This document shows positions 1 to 5,155 of a DNA stretch of 6,465 nucleotides, one piece after another. The stretch spans positions 1-6,465 of the forward strand of contig JAYTHY010000011.1 of NCBI GenBank assembly GCA_043732185.1. Direction: 5' to 3'. The translations under genes and the position numbers were made by a program. The notes beneath the pieces are model-generated. The model was not told the DNA's origin. It did not search any database and saw only the letters and a program-made list of their open reading frames with translations. Source of the DNA: Fibrobacteria bacterium. Its GTDB lineage: Bacteria > Fibrobacterota > Fibrobacteria > UBA11236. Numbering within the stretch: the first letter of the stretch is position 1; the number at the start of each line of letters is the position of its first letter.

Positions 1-71
1 CAGAAAATTCGCACGTTGCTATACCTGACCGAATCAGGAAAGGGATAAGAGCGTGGGATTTTCGAGGCTAA

Positions 72-1004
72 TTATGGTAGTAGAGTGCGAGAGGAAACAT
101 TATCCAAAGGGCTGACAATCTTCGAAACATTGTTGGTGGCAACATGGGTATACCGTTCTGTAGTTTTTGAACTGCTATGACCTAATAAGGCCTGGATAAA
201 CCTTAAATCGGTACCATTTTCTAAAAGGTGAGTCGCAAAAGAATGGCGGAGGCTATGGATGCCACCAAATTTGACCATTCCGGCCTTTTTACAGGCATTT
301 TCGAATACCATCTGAAATGCGCGTCTTGTTAAAGCTTTACCCGATAGCGGAGATTCAAAGACAAAGGTTTTTGGCCCAAAGTGGTCGAGGTAGTCTTTGA
401 TGGGCTTTCGCAAAATTTCCGGAAATAGGACTACCCTATCCTTTCCGCCTTTTCCATTCCGGATTTTAATAACGCTTCGATTGTAATCAATATCGCAGAT
501 TTTTAATGCAGCCAGTTCGCTAACCCTTAGTCCAGATCCATAGGCCAGGGAAAGGGCTAATTTGTGTTTTGGATTTTTGATTTCCCCAATAACCTTTTCA
601 ATGCTCTTTGCATCCAATACCACCGGTAATTTTGCGTTTTCTTTCAGGCGGGGGATTGTATCCAATCGAATTGCGGATTTGACAACATTCCGGCAGAAAA
701 AGGATAGGCCATCTCGATACAGATTGACTGTAGCGGCATTCAAGCCTCTGTCTTGCTTTAAGGAGAGAAGAAACGATCGCAGCTCGGTGATTTTCCATAG
801 GTGGGGAGAGCCGGGATGAACTTTAATAAAGCATCTTACAGCATTGTCATAATTATTAAAGGTTTCCTTGGAATAATTTCTGGCTGCTATTTCCGCTCGT
901 AAGCGCGCTGACCAAAAGCTTAACCAATCCTTGGGTTTGGAATCGGCAGGTACTGCGTTCGATCGCGGTTGAATCAGATTTTGTGACATTGGATATCCAT
1001 TCAA
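72..1004 (-). CDS. Tyrosine recombinase, integron-integrase-like (N-terminal SAM-like domain plus catalytic domain), lacking the IntI-specific insertion
   Basis: The catalytic set is complete: YGSGLRVSE (R), GKGGKDR (K), HSLRHSFATHLL (H-x-x-R), LLGH (H), TTERYTHV (Y). The N-terminal RNYSKET..Y, the KLPVVL linker and the C-terminal SPLD are typical of IntI-like enzymes. The segment KDYLDHFGPKTFVFE is short, with no IntI 'LPxALxRKYP' insert. The true start may be the ATG at 989 (MSQNL), which has TGGA 6 nt upstream. Confidence 0.95.
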   Translation of the reverse strand: MNGYPMSQNLIQPRSNAVPADSKPKDWLSFWSARLRAEIAARNYSKETFNNYDNAVRCFIKVHPGSPHLWKITELRSFLLSLKQDRGLNAATVNLYRDGLSFFCRNVVKSAIRLDTIPRLKENAKLPVVLDAKSIEKVIGEIKNPKHKLALSLAYGSGLRVSELAALKICDIDYNRSVIKIRNGKGGKDRVVLFPEILRKPIKDYLDHFGPKTFVFESPLSGKALTRRAFQMVFENACKKAGMVKFGGIHSLRHSFATHLLENGTDLRFIQALLGHSSSKTTERYTHVATNNVSKIVSPLDNVSSRTLLP

Positions 1005-1021
1005 TTTGAAATTTGAATGGA
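996..1021. promoter_or_regulatory. Perfect 9-bp inverted repeat with 8-bp spacer at the integrase 5' end
   Basis: TCCATTCAA (996-1004), spacer TTTGAAAT, TTGAATGGA (1013-1021). It overlaps the TTG at 1004 and the putative SD of the ATG at 989. Function is inferred. Confidence 0.5.
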
Positions 1022-1185
1022 CAATTTACTCTGGGACGAATTATGGACTATGACACCGGTCACTCTTCGACTGAATACTTCCGGATTGATTAGAAAAAGC
1101 GCCACTTACGATCGCAGTGATGCGGCTCCGAATGCCCTGCCGCACGACCCAGCCGCCCCAAGCTTAAAGGAGTTTTGGGTTTCAG

Positions 1186-1287
1186 TCGAGCCACCTGCCG
1201 GACTCCCCGGGGATGTCCTGCCATGGCGGCAAATTGCCCATAGGTGGCAGCTTTACCTTTGGGTATGCCGCGAATAAGGGAAACCAT
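1186..1287 (-). pseudogene. N-terminal fragment of an MGMT-family / alkyltransferase-like (ATL) protein
   Basis: LIRGIPKGKAATYGQFAAMAGHPRGVRQVAR matches the IPxGxVxTYGQIA...PR..RQV signature. The resemblance stops abruptly and the PWHRV/PCHRV motif is absent. Confidence 0.8.
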
Positions 1288-1291
1288 TGGC

Positions 1292-1375
1292 GATTTGAAT
1301 TCTTGTCTTGAAGAGGAAAATCCAGGCCTGTTTTTACGGGCCCTTCAAGATGTAATCAGAGCCATTTCCGGGTGA
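1292..1375 (+). pseudogene. Internal fragment of a putative addiction-module antidote (HI1420-like antitoxin)
   Basis: Manual translation gives DLNSCLEEENPGLFLRALQDVIRAISG*, resembling YLNAALEE.DP..FL.AL.DVARA. There is no start codon or RBS, and the following HTH is missing. Not in the ORF track. Confidence 0.65.
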
Positions 1376-1393
1376 ATCAATCCGGCATCCAGA

Positions 1394-1528
1394 TTAGGCG
1401 GCCTTCTTTTTTTGATACTTAGGGCCAAGTGTCACGATTCGATTCCGTAATTTTTTGCGAATAGCATCAATTTGTTTTTCAAATTTTTCGGGATTGGTTT
1501 TGATTACTTTGTCGATTTTCTTGGTCAA
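1394..1528 (-). CDS. Small Lys-rich protein (44 aa), or the C-terminal remnant of one
   Basis: Manual translation gives MTKKIDKVIKTNPEKFEKQIDAIRKKLRNRIVTLGPKYQKKKAA*. TTG start with AGGA 6 nt upstream; the composition is helical and protein-like. Confidence 0.45.
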   Translation of the reverse strand: MTKKIDKVIKTNPEKFEKQIDAIRKKLRNRIVTLGPKYQKKKAA

Positions 1529-1588
1529 TTTGATTCCTGCAGCACATGAGGTGCGACCCCTTGATTATCGCCCCCAATCTTTTACCAC

Positions 1589-1835
1589 CGACAACTTGCA
1601 CGTGGCCTATACGATTGTCCCCGGCTGGGCGCTAAACTTGTCTCACTATCACCCACAACGGATGCCATCGCAAAGACAATTAAGGAGAGAGATGATACCC
1701 GACTCCAACCTTCATGGGCCCACGCGGCAAATATCTTGGGCTTGTCCACGCAGCTACCAATCCGAACTGTTTTCTTAACTGATGGGCTTGATAAGAAAGT
1801 AGTGATAGGGAATCGGCAAATTATATTGCGACGCA
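1589..1835 (+). pseudogene. Internal fragment of a DUF6088-family (AbiEi-like, type IV TA antitoxin-like) gene
   Basis: In frame with ORF 1736..1942 but extending upstream: RQLARGLYDCPRLGAKLVSLSPTTDAIAKTIKERDDTRLQPSWAHAANILGLSTQLPIRTVFLTDGLDKKVVIGNRQIILRR. This fits the LARGLYDYP...GA.AAN.LGLSTQVP...YLTDG pattern. There is an in-frame TGA at 1562 with no start before 1589, and similarity is lost after about 1835. Confidence 0.8.
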
Positions 1836-1948
1836 GTCTTTCAAAAGGTGATAAGCGGCAAACCTGGTCAAACCGGATTTTGCAGATAAGCAATTGGAAA
1901 TACAAATGCACTCTAATTTGGTGGAAAACAGTAGTTAGATGAGTTCTT

Positions 1949-1977
1949 TTGAATAACTGTACCTATTTAGGTACATC
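1949..1977 (+). promoter_or_regulatory. TA promoter/operator: perfect palindrome TGTACCTA-TT-TAGGTACA (1958-1975) within a putative sigma70 promoter
   Basis: The 8-bp arms are seen directly. A -35-like TTGAAT (1949-1954) lies 17 nt from a weak -10-like TACATC (1972-1977). SD GGAGG (1978-1982) and ATG (1987) follow. Confidence 0.7.
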
Positions 1978-1986
1978 GGAGGTATA

Positions 1987-2045
1987 ATGAAAAATTTGAA
2001 AAAGACTTGTGGGAAGTTCGATCAAATATTAAAGATGGAATTGCG
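1987..2045 (+). pseudogene. Remnant of a RelE/HigB (Gp49-like) toxin gene
   Basis: KFEKDLWEVRSNIKDGIA resembles the 'RKL..DLWEVRS....IAR' core of Gp49/HigB-like toxins. Only about 18 codons remain. They are out of frame with the ATG at 1987 and joined directly to the antitoxin RBS. Confidence 0.75.
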
Positions 2046-2054
2046 GGAGGTTTT

Positions 2055-2339
2055 ATGATCAACAAAACTAAGCGAAGTAATTTTGACAACTTCCTTGAAG
2101 AAGAGGGGCTTTTGGCCGAGGCGGAAGCGGTTGCGGCTAAGAGGGTATTAGCCCACCAATTTCAATCTGCCAGGAAAAAAAGGCGCATGACCAAATTGTC
2201 GATGGCGAAAAGGATGAAAACAAGCCGGACAGCCTTGGATAGACTTCTTGATCCAAAAAATTCCTCTGTGACACTTCAAACGCTAGAACGTGCGGCTGTA
2301 GTCTTGGGAAAGAAACTGAAAATCAGTTTGGTATATTGA
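2055..2339 (+). CDS. XRE/HTH antitoxin (HigA-like partner of Gp49-like toxins), 94 aa
   Basis: SNFDNFLEEEGLLAEAEAVAAKRVLAHQ...MAKRMKTSRTALDRLLDPKNSSVTLQTLERAAVVLGKKLKISL is characteristic of this family. SD GGAGG precedes the ATG at 2055. The longer track ORF from 2007 includes the toxin remnant. Confidence 0.9.
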   Translation: MINKTKRSNFDNFLEEEGLLAEAEAVAAKRVLAHQFQSARKKRRMTKLSMAKRMKTSRTALDRLLDPKNSSVTLQTLERAAVVLGKKLKISLVY

Positions 2340-2486
2340 TCTGACAACCCACATAAAATTGAGTGCCCGTGCACCGTGCAGCTAAGCGCCTTCGTGCGGC
2401 CTAGGCCTCTACCGAGTCCTTTAGAAAAAGTCCGGATCCGGAATTGTGCAGCAAACAAGCCGAAATCATCCCCGTCAGCGCCAATG

Positions 2487-2765
2487 TCACTTTCGCATGG
2501 CACGAAGATAGTCGTGCAGGATCTCTTCTAAAGGGATAACTGAAATGCGGTCATAGGAATGATAAATATATGGCCTAATAGGTCGAGTCCAATTGCAGAT
2601 CTTGTAATCTCGGATGCTATAAGTTTCATAGAATTTCTTGTAGGCTTTTCCATTGGGGACGCCGACCGAACGGCGCACAAAGCGATTGGCCGCAGCTTTT
2701 TCCATCTTAAGACGCTTTGTCCCATATCCATCAGTGGTAATGGGCTTTCGATAGGAACGACTCAT
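2487..2765 (-). CDS. Conserved hypothetical basic protein, 'MSRSYRK...ANR.VRR...NGKAYKK.Y....I.DY' type (92 aa)
   Basis: ATG with SD AAGGA upstream. I recall this motif pattern from uncharacterised bacterial and phage proteins; I know of no established function. Confidence 0.85.
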   Translation of the reverse strand: MSRSYRKPITTDGYGTKRLKMEKAAANRFVRRSVGVPNGKAYKKFYETYSIRDYKICNWTRPIRPYIYHSYDRISVIPLEEILHDYLRAMRK

Positions 2766-2798
2766 GTTTTAGTCCTTGGTTAAGGTGACTAAAACACG
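2763..2798 (-). promoter_or_regulatory. RNA hairpin sequestering the SD and AUG of 2487..2765
   Basis: The mRNA reads CG-UGUUUUAGUC-AC-CUU-AACC-AAG-GACUAAAACA-UG. Perfect 10-bp arms lie at 2765-2774 and 2787-2796, extended by CUU/AAG inside and G-U/C-G outside. Confidence 0.8.
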
Positions 2799-2854
2799 GC
2801 TCCTTTTCGACCGGTCCACGGCCTTCGGCAAGGGGATTGGTTGGCTTTGGACAT
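2789..2854 (-). CDS. Putative leaderless leader peptide (uORF) MSKANQSPCRRPWTGRKGAVF*
   Basis: ATG at 2854 with no SD, 6 nt downstream of a -10-like TATATT (2866-2861). The TAG at 2791-2789 lies inside the 5' arm of the hairpin. Confidence 0.55.
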   Translation of the reverse strand: MSKANQSPCRRPWTGRKGAVF

Positions 2855-3317
2855 GCGCTAAATATACTGCAATTTATTTGGAAAAAGAACAATTAACTTA
2901 ATCGTGGTAAAACCTCGCCGTTTACGGGCAGCGATAACCCGTCGATGACTCAATCAGGAACAAAGCTTCATTTACTCCGGCATCATTGTAGCGTTTCGCC
3001 CATCGAGGGCTCCCATGATTTTCCTGCGGAAGGCATCGGCCTTTGGCCTCGTCAATCAATCTCAATTCCACCCTCGCGAAATCTACCGCGTAGCTATTCA
3101 AGACAGTGCCGTCTCAATCATGTTCGCGGCCACTGGGTTCCTGTCCCTCCGTGATCGTTTCCCATCTTATTTAGTTTAATCAGAATTCAAATTAAAAGGG
3201 TGGGGGAGGCACATCCACGCCTTTACCTGGAAATTGCATTCGGACGCCGTCGCACATGTGCGCGGTAAACTACGAGGCGTTCATTGCATAGAGTATAACT
3301 GCACGGGCGAAATTAGC

Positions 3318-3539
3318 CTATGGAGCAGCTCCTTTCGATACTTGCTTTTTCCTTGATTTGAAATTATTTGGTTTGGGGATGATTCCCCTATTGTACAGCT
3401 GTGTGCGGACTTGATAAAACTGAACCGTGGCTATTTGTTTACAGGCACGTACAGCAATGACCTCCGCATAAGTGGCGGTTGGATGCTCTATCAAGTACTC
3501 GCGAACCGCTTGAAAAAATTTCGGTTTTATCTGGGCCAT
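3318..3539 (-). CDS. Small basic hypothetical protein, possibly (winged) HTH DNA-binding, 73 aa
   Basis: ATG with GAGG upstream. AVREYLIEHPTATYAEV...VQFYQVRTQLYNRGII has an HTH-like amphipathic pattern and a Lys-rich tail. Confidence 0.7.
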   Translation of the reverse strand: MAQIKPKFFQAVREYLIEHPTATYAEVIAVRACKQIATVQFYQVRTQLYNRGIIPKPNNFKSRKKQVSKGAAP

Positions 3540-3578
3540 CGGGAGATCCTCATTTGTTAAAGGATTTCGAATAACTGA

Positions 3579-4073
3579 GTGAAAAGTAACCTTTCAAGGA
3601 TTTTTAGTCATGATCCGAATTGGAAGGATGGTGTAGATCTATCTGCCCTAATCCTTCCAATTTCCATCGGCCGACGTCCCCCAAGGAGCCGTCGCCCGGG
3701 CTCAACTACCGCTCCGCCAATTGAAAACTTCCAGAAAGCACGAAACGGAAGTATTTTTGACTTAAGATCGCGAATGAATAACGGAGCCCGAATCAAAAAT
3801 GATGCCTTTTTGTTAGCAAGGGACAATGGTTTTGTTCTCAATAAAATCGGTGTGAAAACATTGGACGGAAAGTATCGACCGAATGTGGTGAGAATTTCAC
3901 TTGAAGAATTTATTGAAGAGTTGCTAAAGCCAGAAAATTTGGTTATCCTAACGCATACAAGCCCGAGAGACGGAATTTGGATTTCGAAAATGGATGAGGA
4001 ATTCGAATTAATTGCACAGGGAAGAGGCCAATCATCTCCATTCAATTCCCACCTATTACATATTACCGCATAA
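3579..4073 (+). CDS. Hypothetical protein, probably 5'-truncated or chimeric (coding-like from about 3720; alternative ATG at 3774)
   Basis: The open frame is 164 codons. The part from IENFQK onward looks globular, while the N-terminal part crosses two hairpins and is Pro/Arg-rich. The stop TAA lies within GCATAAC. Confidence 0.5.
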   Translation: MKSNLSRIFSHDPNWKDGVDLSALILPISIGRRPPRSRRPGSTTAPPIENFQKARNGSIFDLRSRMNNGARIKNDAFLLARDNGFVLNKIGVKTLDGKYRPNVVRISLEEFIEELLKPENLVILTHTSPRDGIWISKMDEEFELIAQGRGQSSPFNSHLLHITA

Positions 4074-4140
4074 CTAATCGTGCCCCAAATACGATCGAAG
4101 GCTAGAGTACTCCAGCCTTACCCTGCTGGGAGTGTTATGT
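4068..4140 (+). other. Degenerate attC-like site
   Basis: GCATAAC (4068-4074, containing the ORF stop) and GTTATGT (4134-4140) span 73 bp around a near-perfect palindrome AAGGCTAGAGTACTCCAGCCTT (4098-4119). L-box pairing is poor. Confidence 0.4.
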
Positions 4141-4277
4141 ACGTTGCCAAAATCCTCGCAAGGACCATTTTGGAACCGTTTCCGAATCCTATCCATTGTG
4201 ATCTATTCCCATTCAGCCGATTCGGTATGACGCGCGCTTAATACCTAGAAGCCCTATGTCCACAGAGACAGAATACT

Positions 4278-4379
4278 TTAAAAGATGAGAACCAGGCTTC
4301 CGGCAAGAATGAGACTGCCACCGACGGCCGTTTTCCAAGACAAGGTCTCACCTAAGACAAATACCGAGAGGAGGATAGT
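4278..4379 (-). pseudogene. C-terminal fragment of an EamA/DMT-family transporter
   Basis: Manual translation gives TILLSVFVLGETLSWKTAVGGSLILAGSLVLIF*, with the typical LGE.L....G..LI..G motif and a native-looking stop. The upstream part of the gene is absent. Confidence 0.8.
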
Positions 4380-4478
4380 CCCGAGGACGCGCCTTGTTAA
4401 TTGGCTGGCTCGAAGCCATTGTGTATCTTTTTTCGTTTTCTGCCAATCACTCAAGAAAAGATTAGCATGGGCTAAAAA

Positions 4479-4946
4479 TCAACCGCAGCTGCCTCCTGAT
4501 TTTTGGCTTAGAATCTTAAACCCTTCGATCGATGATGACTTTTTCAATGCCGAATTCTTTTCGATAACAATGCTCTCGTTTTCTGAATGAGTACAGGTCA
4601 TATTTGGGCTTTGATTAACCCTAATATTTTTCAAATGAAATATTTCACCATCGCTATAGACTAGATAGAATGAGTATAAACCGGGATCACCCCAAATGGA
4701 AACGCCTTTCCATGAACCGCCATACCGTGTAGTATCAATCCAGGCTTTGCTTGAATCAGGCGTAATCATAATTATTTTTGGAGCATTTATGGTATCTCCA
4801 TTTTGGTTGACTGTGATAATTGAAACTGATGGTCCCGAACAGCTTACGCAACTATACCCTCCCGAAATACATTGAAGCAATACGGTAAGGGAGAAAAGAC
4901 CAATAGAAAACAGAAACGTCTTTTGTATTTGGGCTTTGAGGAGCAA
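4479..4946 (-). CDS. Exported / lipoprotein-like hypothetical protein (155 aa)
   Basis: TTG start with AAAGG upstream. A basic N-terminus and hydrophobic stretch end in LLQC, followed by CVSC, a beta-rich body and further Cys residues including the terminal GGSCG. Confidence 0.75.
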   Translation of the reverse strand: MLLKAQIQKTFLFSIGLFSLTVLLQCISGGYSCVSCSGPSVSIITVNQNGDTINAPKIIMITPDSSKAWIDTTRYGGSWKGVSIWGDPGLYSFYLVYSDGEIFHLKNIRVNQSPNMTCTHSENESIVIEKNSALKKSSSIEGFKILSQKSGGSCG

Positions 4947-5155
4947 TGGTCGCCTTTTCAGATTGTATGGTAGGCATTATTCTTTATTCTAATCGCCATT
5001 TAAAATTGTAGCAAACCGCGAGCGCGGACAAAGAGGTTTTTTATTTTTTCCCCTTCATCCAATTGCTTGAGTCATTACGCGCAATAAAGAAGAAGTCCAA
5101 GTTGGAGAATCAAAAAAGTAAGTGGTAGTACCCCTCCCATATTAATCCGGGATTC

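Noticed and set aside
562..819. ORFs 562..819 (+) and 598..798 (-)
   Set aside because: Antisense or alternate-frame shadows of the integrase.
1017..1277. 86-aa + strand ORF
   Set aside because: Antisense to the MGMT fragment, with no recognisable motif.
1455..1911. ORFs 1455..1778 (+) and 1582..1911 (-)
   Set aside because: They overlap the DUF6088 fragment, which is in another frame and has clear family motifs.
2364..2380. TGCCCGTGCACCGTGCA as a Fibrobacter-type LexA box (TGCNC-N4-GTGCA), and its 9-bp inverted match TGCACGGGC at 3300-3308
   Set aside because: The half-site spacing does not fit, it is not in a promoter position, and a 9-bp match can arise by chance.
2276..2783. ORFs 2276..2503, 2528..2731 and 2559..2783
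   Set aside because: Shadows of the antitoxin and the MSRSYRK gene.
2920..3154. ORF 2945..3154 (+) and a - strand frame reading GTVLNSYAVDFARVELRLIDEA...
   Set aside because: Neither has a family motif I recognise or a clear RBS. The - frame could be another fragment but cannot be supported without BLASTX.
3608..4590. ORFs 3608..4045 (-) and 4285..4590 (+)
   Set aside because: Antisense shadows of the 3579..4073 ORF, the EamA fragment and the exported-protein gene.
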